A stretch of DNA of 64,000 nt, from IMG/VR virus record IMGVR_UViG_3300006168_000009, positions 1,583 through 65,582 of that record; one strand, written 5' to 3'. The DNA is from a virus. Taxonomy: Duplodnaviria > Caudoviricetes. Position numbers and translations under genes: made by a program. Below, piece by piece: positions 55,962 through 64,000 of this stretch (positions are counted from its first letter, which is position 1; every line of letters starts with the position of its first letter). The notes below the pieces were generated by a model. That model was not told the origin of the DNA and did not search any database. It saw only the letters and a list, made by a program, of their open reading frames with translations.

Positions 55962-57116
55962 CTAATTCAGACCTACATTGTACGAACAGCGCACGCCGCT
56001 CTCATCGCATACACAGACCATCTGTTCCGGCCTACCATAGATGCGCTTCTGGACACAATAGTCATCCATGCCAAGAAAACTACCAGCCATGATAGTTCTA
56101 ATTCCCTGAACATCATCCATCTTGCAATGATGAAGGTGGCCTGACAGCACCGCATACAACGGTTTGCGTACCATAGTTTGCAACGCCTGTACTTTGCTGG
56201 CAGAGCCGTCGAAGTCTCCATGCACGCCGCAGTAGGTCTTGCCGCGTACATCGATGAGATACATCGTCTCGTCAACTTTCTCGCCGCCGCCAATAATGAC
56301 ATTATTGAAGTTTTGAAGACGAGCCGACAGATACCACTCAACAAGGTCATCAAGTCGCTCGCTCACCAGCGCATTGTCTTTGTTCGGGTCAAGTCGGCTG
56401 TGGTTGCCAGCAACACTGACAAAGGTGACAGTGGCGAAATGCTTGCTCAGTTCTGCGATGAACTCTGCAATCAATTCGGACACACCCTTAACCTGTTCGA
56501 TAACATTCTCCTTGTTGGTCACTGCGATAGACTTGTGAATGTTACCAGAAATCTCATCGCCATTCGCCCAGACAATACAATTCTCACTGCTGTGTGTCTG
56601 TGCAATCTGGATGATGCGGTCAAGATATCGGCGCATCATATCCCGGCAAATGTCGGAATTATATGTATTCCAATAGTTATCCACAGTTGCACCGTAGTGG
56701 ATGTCGTTCAGACTGACTAACAGGTCATTATCCGATGGCACGATTTCATGGTACTCATAGTCCAGCCGAGGAAGGTTCCCCGATTGGATTGCTTCAACCA
56801 AAATCTCGTTCAGTTCTTCCTGACGTGAGCGTTCACGAACCAGTTTGTTGTAGGCGTTGCGCTGGTCAAAGAACTTCTGGCGCTCTACCTGAAGCTCGAT
56901 TTTCTTTCGGTCAAACTCTGACAACATATCTGCGGAGCGGATGGCAGCCTCGCCCTCGCGCTCAATGGCATCAATGATGGCTTTCATGCCGTACATTCTC
57001 TTGCGAACTTCGCTGGAATTGAAGCAGTTGCCCTCACCGAACAGACGCTCGCTAAGCTCTGCGTAATCATCGTCAATGGTGCGGTCAACCAGCTTACCAA
57101 TCACGATGTCACGCAT
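55962..57116 (-). CDS. Calcineurin-like metallophosphoesterase with N-terminal coiled coil (YonJ-like)
   Basis: DIHYG, GDEISG, GNHSR, HGD, GHLHH. Confidence 0.85.
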   Translation of the reverse strand: MRDIVIGKLVDRTIDDDYAELSERLFGEGNCFNSSEVRKRMYGMKAIIDAIEREGEAAIRSADMLSEFDRKKIELQVERQKFFDQRNAYNKLVRERSRQEELNEILVEAIQSGNLPRLDYEYHEIVPSDNDLLVSLNDIHYGATVDNYWNTYNSDICRDMMRRYLDRIIQIAQTHSSENCIVWANGDEISGNIHKSIAVTNKENVIEQVKGVSELIAEFIAELSKHFATVTFVSVAGNHSRLDPNKDNALVSERLDDLVEWYLSARLQNFNNVIIGGGEKVDETMYLIDVRGKTYCGVHGDFDGSASKVQALQTMVRKPLYAVLSGHLHHCKMDDVQGIRTIMAGSFLGMDDYCVQKRIYGRPEQMVCVCDESGVRCSYNVGLN

Positions 57117-57146
57117 TTCTTTGTAGCTCGCTGTACTGGTAATGGC

Positions 57147-57335
57147 TTACACTCCCTTTCGTTTACCCTTTGGAGTATCCTGACCACGCATAGCCCTCAG
57201 CATACGCATAGCGCCGCCAGCCTCCTCCATGTAGTAGTGGTGTCTCTTGGAATCCTGCCGCATTGTGCGAGCGATATGTACCTTTGGGAACTTCGCTCGA
57301 ATGGCCTGTTTCTCTGCCGCTGTAATTGCAATCAC
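57147..57335 (-). CDS. Small basic hypothetical protein
   Basis: 62-aa ORF with SD. Confidence 0.55.
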   Translation of the reverse strand: MIAITAAEKQAIRAKFPKVHIARTMRQDSKRHHYYMEEAGGAMRMLRAMRGQDTPKGKRKGV

Positions 57336-57468
57336 TTTTCAATCATCCTTTATTTCAAAATTTTTGGTCTACGACCAAATTATGTTGATATATTTTGTAT
57401 CAATAAAGCATCCCATCAAATGGCCCTCAATCCCTTGTCCAACAATGGATTGAGCATAGCCATTTTTG

Positions 57469-58254
57469 TCAACACGTTTGGTGCAGCTCTGTCCGTAAAG
57501 CCCTTCTTCGCCGCATAACGGACTCGACTTTCTGCTTGGTATGCAGTTCGACAGCGCAGCTTGGGCAATACTTCTGTCGCCGTCCACGGGCCGGTTCCTG
57601 GGTCTTCACGGTGATGCCGCAGTTCACGCACTCGAAGTACGCCCCGCCGTAGTGCTTCAAATACTGATAACCAAGGTTGCGAAAATCCTGAATATGTATC
57701 GCCAATTCTCCAGGCTCTATGAACATGACCTGCACATTCAGGTTGTCAATCTTCTTGGAGAACCGAATGAGGCCAGCGTTCCTGAGTTCAGCGAACATGG
57801 CGCTCTGCCGCCGAATAGACGTGTTGATGTTAGCCATCTGCATAACTTCTTTGTCCGAGCTATTCGCCCAATGATTGTTCTGCTCAGATACGGCATCCCA
57901 ATACTTTGCCACGCATAGGAGCGTAAACGCCAGCCGCCGAATTTGTTTGCCGCCAAGAGCCTCAATACGGTGCAATTCCTTGTCGGTGATATCAACTCCG
58001 TCAATTTGAATGAGCGGATATTTACCAGCATTCTTAGCCACTTTATCCAAAAGTTCCGACCAATGAACCAAGGATACCTGCGGGTCACACTGTAACATGA
58101 AGGCATCCAGCAGCTTGCGGATTTCTGTTTTGCTATATCCGTTCTTCAGGTAATACTTGGCCACCCTGGTCAGTGTTTCAAGTGGCTTCTTGCCGAGGTC
58201 ATGACTGTCAATCATGTGCTCGGCCCACTCATACTCGTTGAGGACTATGCTCAT
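57469..58254 (-). CDS. Putative DNA-binding protein with C-terminal Zn ribbon, coupled to the RNAP gene
   Basis: ATGA overlap with the RNAP stop; CVNCG...YCPSCA. Confidence 0.65.
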   Translation of the reverse strand: MSIVLNEYEWAEHMIDSHDLGKKPLETLTRVAKYYLKNGYSKTEIRKLLDAFMLQCDPQVSLVHWSELLDKVAKNAGKYPLIQIDGVDITDKELHRIEALGGKQIRRLAFTLLCVAKYWDAVSEQNNHWANSSDKEVMQMANINTSIRRQSAMFAELRNAGLIRFSKKIDNLNVQVMFIEPGELAIHIQDFRNLGYQYLKHYGGAYFECVNCGITVKTQEPARGRRQKYCPSCAVELHTKQKVESVMRRRRALRTELHQTC

Positions 58255-60983
58255 ATCTCTCCTCCAATCATAGCTTGTTTTACGGCGAACCTATTGCCGC
58301 CAAATTGGACTTCACCATTGGGCTCCAAAGCAGGGTATGAGATAATGCCACCGCTTCTGGAAAGCAGATTCTGGATAATTTCGTCTCCGCACATCTCCCA
58401 TGCAAACCGCTTTGTTGAACTCTTCTGATAGCAGATATCCAGAACAATGTCACAGAGGACGAACCGGTTAGGGCAAACCCTGGCACACTCCTGCTCGAAC
58501 TCAGCACGCATCTCCATCATTCGTGAGAACGTGTCATACTCGTCCACACGCTCGCAGTTGGCGAAGACAACATAGGTGGACAAGCGCTTGTTGTAGCTCT
58601 CATAGAGCTTGGCAATGGCGTTGAACTGAGAACGGTTGTACTCGACGCCGCTCTTCATGATGGTGTAGTCGAACTCCGTTTCAGCATTGTGCCTGCCGAC
58701 ATACCCATCGAACTCCTGCTCAAACCGTCTGCAAATTTTATTCATCACACAGTCATTATTGCTGACTGGCATCCGGGAGCGGTAGTACCGCAGGAAATCG
58801 TTCTGCCTGTCGGTGCGCTTCTCCTCTGGGATATCCATCAGTTCGTCAACCGTCATGCCGAACTCACGCATGGCATTTTTGTTCGTGTTCTTTATGTATG
58901 TGTTGTACTGCTTCATCAACGCCGGATAGATGATGCGCATGAAGTAAGGCTTTTTGTCGGCGACAAGACTGAGGTAGTAACGCTTGGTGTCGGCATCCTC
59001 AATCATGTTCACACTGTGGCGGTCGTGCCACTCCCTCGGCATTGGCTTAGCTATGATACCCTTGGCCTTGTCGATGGAGTTTTGCTGAAAGAGCTGTCCA
59101 CACTTGATGCGGTAGTCCAGTTCGATATACTCCTTGGAGCCCCTCTCATACTTCGCCTGAATGTCGAACATGGAGGTAATCCAGTTGGTTGTCTTCCCGA
59201 TGTCGTCGCCAAAGCTGTCGATGTTGGCCTGAATGGAATCTGCCTCACTCACGATTTTCTTCTGAGCTTTCCTCTGAACGCACATTAGAGCAGGGAGCTC
59301 CTTCAGTTTTCCGACCAACACTTCATTATCAGTCAACATGACGAGGTCGCCATCCTTGTCCATGCCGTTGAGGGCGTGGGCCGCAGTATCCCAGGAGTTA
59401 AACAGGGTACAAGTCTTCATGTACTGATACCAGTGAGATGCTGCCTCGCTTCGATGCGGACGGACAAGCCGAATGTTGTTATGGCAGGTCATCGGCGCAC
59501 GGAAACAGGCCAGCTTCTCGGCACCCTGTCTGCACCAATACTCGTTGTAAATCTCACCGGCTTTCAGCAGCCCGGTGACCTCCAGGCCGAAGATGTGTTG
59601 ACACAAAGAGTACGGGTCGCCACACACGATAGAGTAGTTGCCATGAACCTTGAGCACGCCTACCTTGGCCTCGTTGATGCGGTTCTTAATCATCTGGTAG
59701 ATGCTGCTCTGGATATATGGGTCATCCAACATTTTCGGCTCAATCATGATTGCCTTGGCAAAATCATTGTCGATTCGCTGGACGTTCTCTTCATTCAGAC
59801 CAACGCCTTTCAAAAACAGAATGGTCTTGACCGGGTCAGCATACAACACATCCCGAATCTCATTCATAGTCGGTGCGATGAGCCTTTCGATATCGTCGTT
59901 GTCCAGGTCGTAGCTTTGGATAAACTGGTAGTTCAATGTACGCTCGCGCTCCAGTTCACGGGGGCAAGTTTTGGTTACACCGAATGTATAGTGATTTTCA
60001 AGACAGTTGCGGACATAATCTTCGCAGCTATCGTAGGAATCCCACAGCTTTAACATAGAAGTGGTCAAAATCATCTCAACATTTCGCACATCCACATCGT
60101 GGCCCCACGCATCCTTTACGATGAACCCTCCAGCTACGTTCTCGGCGAAGTCTACGAAGTCAAACGTAAAGAGCATCCCCTTCTCCCATGAGAACCGTGT
60201 GTTGACACCGCTTACCATATAGTCGAGCCCCAACTCCTCACTCCATCGACTTGCCAATGACGGCAGCATCAGACCATACCCATCGGACTCATCAAGCTGA
60301 ACCAATGCCTGCTTGCGCTCCTCCATAACTGGCTCACCGTCAAGTTCGTCGTTGAGGTAAATGATGTCGGACAAGAACTCTGTCTCACAGTCGCTCACCA
60401 CCAGGATGCCATTAGGCATGGACATCGGCGTAGAAGCACTGCACGTCAGAGCCTTGTACGCCTCCAGCTTGGCCGGAACCATCTCCTTCTCCAGATTACG
60501 GCCATTGTCGATGCGGCGGCGGATTTCCTCGGCATGGCGCTCACTGATGAACACGATGGTCTCGTTCTTCACACCGCCATTGGTGCCCAGTAAGCGCTGA
60601 TATTTCAGTCCATTGATACTGAACCCTTTACAGGCCCGACGATAATCCTTCTCTTTGTCGATAATGACACACAGGTAGTCGGGCTTAAACTGGATATCAT
60701 CCAGCTCGGAGTATAGCTGCTTGACCGCCTTTCGGTTTTGGACACTATTCGGCTCCTTGCGCAGCCTCCGTATCTCAGCCTTGATTTCCCTGGCCTTACT
60801 TTCGGCATCGGTGATACCGTTCAGCTCGTCCAGCCAGCGAAGCACCTGACTGTCGGCCAGCGAAATGACCTCATCGTTTCGACGGGCCTCGGCGATGGGC
60901 AGCGTGAGCCGCCATTTGGCCTTCCGCAGCCTGCTGCTATGCAGCTTGAATATGTACTTCTGACATACTAACTGTTTAGCCAG
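58251..60983 (-). CDS. YonO-like single-subunit (double-psi beta-barrel) RNA polymerase
   Basis: NGMDKDGD metal-binding DxDGD motif, FRAP, SDGYG, KGML motifs; frame open to a CTG at 60983 with SD GAGGTG. Confidence 0.8.
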   Translation of the reverse strand: MAKQLVCQKYIFKLHSSRLRKAKWRLTLPIAEARRNDEVISLADSQVLRWLDELNGITDAESKAREIKAEIRRLRKEPNSVQNRKAVKQLYSELDDIQFKPDYLCVIIDKEKDYRRACKGFSINGLKYQRLLGTNGGVKNETIVFISERHAEEIRRRIDNGRNLEKEMVPAKLEAYKALTCSASTPMSMPNGILVVSDCETEFLSDIIYLNDELDGEPVMEERKQALVQLDESDGYGLMLPSLASRWSEELGLDYMVSGVNTRFSWEKGMLFTFDFVDFAENVAGGFIVKDAWGHDVDVRNVEMILTTSMLKLWDSYDSCEDYVRNCLENHYTFGVTKTCPRELERERTLNYQFIQSYDLDNDDIERLIAPTMNEIRDVLYADPVKTILFLKGVGLNEENVQRIDNDFAKAIMIEPKMLDDPYIQSSIYQMIKNRINEAKVGVLKVHGNYSIVCGDPYSLCQHIFGLEVTGLLKAGEIYNEYWCRQGAEKLACFRAPMTCHNNIRLVRPHRSEAASHWYQYMKTCTLFNSWDTAAHALNGMDKDGDLVMLTDNEVLVGKLKELPALMCVQRKAQKKIVSEADSIQANIDSFGDDIGKTTNWITSMFDIQAKYERGSKEYIELDYRIKCGQLFQQNSIDKAKGIIAKPMPREWHDRHSVNMIEDADTKRYYLSLVADKKPYFMRIIYPALMKQYNTYIKNTNKNAMREFGMTVDELMDIPEEKRTDRQNDFLRYYRSRMPVSNNDCVMNKICRRFEQEFDGYVGRHNAETEFDYTIMKSGVEYNRSQFNAIAKLYESYNKRLSTYVVFANCERVDEYDTFSRMMEMRAEFEQECARVCPNRFVLCDIVLDICYQKSSTKRFAWEMCGDEIIQNLLSRSGGIISYPALEPNGEVQFGGNRFAVKQAMIGGEI

Positions 60984-60999
60984 TATCGTTCACCTCTCT

Positions 61000-61024
61000 T
61001 GTTGATTATTTAATTATGTTGATA
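61000..61024 (-). promoter_or_regulatory. Repeated 25-bp motif, copy C
   Basis: TGTTGATTATTTAATTATGTTGATA directly before the RNAP SD. Confidence 0.7.
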
Positions 61025-61034
61025 TGGTGAAAAA

Positions 61035-61235
61035 TTAAGCGTCATCCTCTAACGTGTAGCGGAACCATTCCTTGTAGAACTGCTGGCGCTCGTTCTCTAT
61101 GTATTCATCCAAGTTACCCTCATCGGTCAGCGGAGCAAAGTATTCACACACTTTGTTGGCTGGGCACACGTCTCCATGGAGACAATTCTTACAATTCCTA
61201 TTCAATCGAGCATCCTCCTCGCTTAGTATTATCAA
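61035..61235 (-). CDS. Small Cys-rich hypothetical protein
   Basis: CKNC..GDVC....VC. Confidence 0.55.
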   Translation of the reverse strand: MIILSEEDARLNRNCKNCLHGDVCPANKVCEYFAPLTDEGNLDEYIENERQQFYKEWFRYTLEDDA

Positions 61236-62454
61236 TCCAGTTGATGAGCAGCTCTCTCATACGGCTGCTCGGCACATATAGGTTAATAGGCTTATCGTCT
61301 CGGATAGCGCTTCGCCAAATCCATTGGAGCATCTCAGACAGGGCAAAGGCATCCTGGTCAATCTCAATTCCACGGGATGCAAAGAACTTCGTCACATTGG
61401 GGTCAGCAAAACGGTTGACCATATAGGCCACGTCCGTCTTGTCCCTGTACTCATTCGTTGCACGGGCGCTTATCTGCAAAAAGTTATTGCGATATCTCCC
61501 GCTCTCGGCAATCAGCTTGGACTGCTCCTCTTTGAAGCAAGTCCAGAGCCGGGTGTTGCTGTTCCCGCCGGAGCCCTCAAAGAAATTCCGTAGACCACGC
61601 CGAAGCAGTTTGATATCCTTATCACTCCTGCCACGACGAGCGTACCAGTTCTTGGACAGCGCATACTTACCGTCCCCCGGTGCGTTCGACTGCGGCTTAT
61701 CGATGATGTTGATGAGATGACAATAATCCAATGGCGGCGGGGCGTCTGGCCTATCGGAAAAATAGTAGCCGTCATCGTCCCTCTCAACGCCAACGATGTG
61801 ATACTCGAATCCAAAGAAATCGAGATAGGCTTTCTGGTACTGCCCCTCAAACATATAGGTCAGCATAAACACCTCGTCAAACGCCTGAAGCATATATGGG
61901 TTCATGATGTTGAGCAGCGCACTGTCCAGTCGAAAGAGTGAGTTGGTGTCTGCCGCCGCCTTATATCCTGAGAACTTCCCAGAATAATCTTTGTCCAGCC
62001 AGCGCAGAAGTCCGCCGTCATGCTCCTCGGCCAAATGGTTTACAATCAAATCAAAGTCCTTGGATGTAATGTTGAACCGCTCAATGACCTCGATGGTCTC
62101 GTCGATGATGAGCGAGTAGTTATACTTGCGGACGAGTTCAAGAGTTTCTTCGTCCATCAGGTAAAAGAGTGAATGGGTTGCGGCGATGTTGTGGCCCTTC
62201 CTCATGTGGGTCTTCAGCTCGATAGACTTGCTGAGGTGGTCGCTGTCTGGCTGCTCGAAGTCGCACATCTCGCAGATGCGCTCAACCTCCTTGAGGTACG
62301 GTGTTATGTATAGGAACCGCTTGCGTCCCTTGTATCGGTTCATGTAGCGGATGGCGGCGGAGGACTTGCCACGCCCCATCCGGGCATCCACTACGGTAAT
62401 AGGTTTCACTGGGGCACCACGCCCTTTCTGTTTATTTTTGGCCAACCAAGCCAT
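61198..62454 (-). CDS. SF2 helicase-like P-loop ATPase (YonV-like)
   Basis: DARMGRGKS Walker A, LIIDET Walker B, QWIWRSAIR motif VI-like. Confidence 0.7.
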   Translation of the reverse strand: MAWLAKNKQKGRGAPVKPITVVDARMGRGKSSAAIRYMNRYKGRKRFLYITPYLKEVERICEMCDFEQPDSDHLSKSIELKTHMRKGHNIAATHSLFYLMDEETLELVRKYNYSLIIDETIEVIERFNITSKDFDLIVNHLAEEHDGGLLRWLDKDYSGKFSGYKAAADTNSLFRLDSALLNIMNPYMLQAFDEVFMLTYMFEGQYQKAYLDFFGFEYHIVGVERDDDGYYFSDRPDAPPPLDYCHLINIIDKPQSNAPGDGKYALSKNWYARRGRSDKDIKLLRRGLRNFFEGSGGNSNTRLWTCFKEEQSKLIAESGRYRNNFLQISARATNEYRDKTDVAYMVNRFADPNVTKFFASRGIEIDQDAFALSEMLQWIWRSAIRDDKPINLYVPSSRMRELLINWIDNTKRGGCSIE

Positions 62455-62675
62455 TCACAATATTTTCGGCACAAAATCGTGCGAGACCCAAGGATGAACC
62501 TGATGTGTTCACCTGTTTTTAACTTGAATTTCTTCATTGCATTCTTATTCTATAGGAAACACGGCTCAATTCCTTGTGGCACAAGGCTTTCATTTTTCAT
62601 TTCGGCACAGAGCGTGCCGAGAATGGGTTTTAGAGGGATTCAATCTTCAATTTTCAAGGTGCAGTCGGTAGGGCG

Positions 62676-63497
62676 TTACCCTACCAAGAAATCTCCTTCT
62701 ACAAGGTCGCTATCAACCAGATAGTTGCAGGATACGCTACCGAGGTTCAACCTGCGGTAGGCTTCATCTATCTCCTCGCTGGTGATGCCGATGTAGTCCA
62801 GAGTCTGTGCGGCGGAAGAATGGCCGAACATCTTCTGGAGGAGCAGGAGCTTCCGTGGGTCGTTGCCACTCATGACCATCTGGTGGTAGGCAAACGTCTT
62901 ACGCAGCGTGTGGGTAGACATCCGATTGCCAAGCCCAAGGTCACGGGCGATACCCTTCAGAATGTTGTCAACGCTTCCCCTATGGATAGGTTTGTTCACA
63001 CTGGCTCCGTTATTGGATTCGCTGCGGAACATGAAGTCGCTGAGCCGAACGCTGGGGGTGTTCTCCAGATAAAGCGTGACCGCTTCGACAACAGCAGTGT
63101 TGACGGTTATGTAACGGTTGCGCTTGTGCGTTCTGGTGTTCTTGGTCTTCTTCTCCAGAATGGCAAACCTGTCACGGAAGGTGTAATCATCATTGATGAT
63201 GTGGGTGAACCGGAGAGAGGTGAGGTCGCTCACTCGAAGGCCGAAGTTGATGCCAACGATGAAGAGCATATTGTCTCTGAAGCGCTTCTGGCCAATAAGG
63301 AACTGGGAGACACGGATGATGTCCTCCATATCCTTGATGGGTTCGGCAGCGTGCTCGTTGGCAAGCTCGTGGGTGACCTCTTCAGTCGCAGGGGCGATGA
63401 GACCAGCCTTGAGCTTACGGCAGCTCTTCTGGACGGCACTGATGTCGATGACACCTGTATTCGTATTAGTGAGATTCAGGTTGATGATTTGCGCCAT
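62676..63497 (-). CDS. Tyrosine recombinase catalytic-domain protein lacking an obvious core-binding domain
   Basis: FGLRVSDL, HTLRKT, FGHSS, TLDYIG. Confidence 0.85.
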   Translation of the reverse strand: MAQIINLNLTNTNTGVIDISAVQKSCRKLKAGLIAPATEEVTHELANEHAAEPIKDMEDIIRVSQFLIGQKRFRDNMLFIVGINFGLRVSDLTSLRFTHIINDDYTFRDRFAILEKKTKNTRTHKRNRYITVNTAVVEAVTLYLENTPSVRLSDFMFRSESNNGASVNKPIHRGSVDNILKGIARDLGLGNRMSTHTLRKTFAYHQMVMSGNDPRKLLLLQKMFGHSSAAQTLDYIGITSEEIDEAYRRLNLGSVSCNYLVDSDLVEGDFLVG

Positions 63498-63529
63498 GGG
63501 TGATTCTCCTCTCTGTGTGACCGGCTCGA

Positions 63530-63554
63530 TGTAGATTATTTAATAGGGTTGATT
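63530..63554 (-). promoter_or_regulatory. Repeated 25-bp motif, copy B
   Basis: TGTAGATTATTTAATAGGGTTGATT, 22/25 identical to copy A. Confidence 0.65.
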
Positions 63555-63564
63555 GGATATTATG

Positions 63565-63593
63565 ATTATACTAAAAAATCTTCTTTACTTCAA
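63565..63593 (-). promoter_or_regulatory. SigA-type promoter of the leftward operon
   Basis: TTGAAG-17 nt-TATAAT on the - strand. Confidence 0.7.
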
Positions 63594-64000
63594 CCCATTC
63601 TTATAAACAATCCAATGAAAAATCCAAGAAATCAGCAAGAAAAGAAAGCCAAAGCAAAAGCCTTGGTGTTAAGCCCTTTACTCTTTTGTCGTGTTCAACT
63701 ATTGGACGAAAGCATCCACGCAAAGGGCTTAACCACTACTCCTCCATTGGGCAAAAGTTGTTGCATCAAAGCCTTGTGCATCAACGTGTTCAAGGTGGTT
63801 GGATGGGCCGGGGTTAAAATAAAACGGTGTCAGTTAGATGAACCGACTACCACTGGTTCGCTGGGGGCAAGGGGGGCAAAATACCATAACCACGCCCCCC
63901 AACACGACATAGCGTGAAAATGTCACGTTGACGGACAGGGGGCAGGGGGGGGCGGACAGCCAACCGCACAAGGGCAGACAGACCACACGGGGCAAGGGTG

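Noticed and set aside
1-64000. CRISPR array, rRNA or IS element
   Set aside because: No regularly spaced direct repeats, rRNA motifs or transposase motifs seen

Overview
The window is about 64 kb of a large temperate siphophage genome with SPbeta-like architecture, most likely infecting a gut Clostridia host (inferred from the SLH-type endolysin tail, anaerobic RNR and SleB homolog). No host genes are visible, and the putative attP looks intact, which suggests the excised or virion form. On the + strand (1-11.6 kb) are small early ORFs, a SleB-like hydrolase, a nucleotide-metabolism operon (ThyX, dNMP kinase, 5'-nucleotidase fused to an NrdH-like redoxin, class III RNR NrdD/NrdG, a minimal ferredoxin-thioredoxin-reductase-like protein, dUTPase), a large serine integrase with a 52-bp attP-like palindrome, and a self-promoted gene with ADP-ribosyltransferase-like motifs. 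On the - strand (63.5 to 11.6 kb) are a tyrosine-recombinase-like gene, an SF2-like ATPase, a YonO-like single-subunit RNA polymerase, a phosphoesterase, six tRNAs, a second tyrosine recombinase, HU, terminase, portal, head and tail genes, a 2545-aa tape measure protein, Dit/Tal/baseplate/fibre genes, a complete diversity-generating retroelement (target-VR, avd, TR, RT) and lysis genes. An AT-rich lipoprotein gene is inserted on the + strand. The strongest leads are (1) a 25-bp motif repeated upstream of the RNAP, capsid and leader genes, a candidate promoter or operator for the phage RNAP, (2) an apparently complete phage-encoded FTR to NrdH to vicinal-Cys NrdD electron chain, (3) the ART-like moron beside attP, and (4) a DGR with 18 adenine-specific TR/VR differences. 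All family assignments come from motif recognition by eye; no database searches were run.
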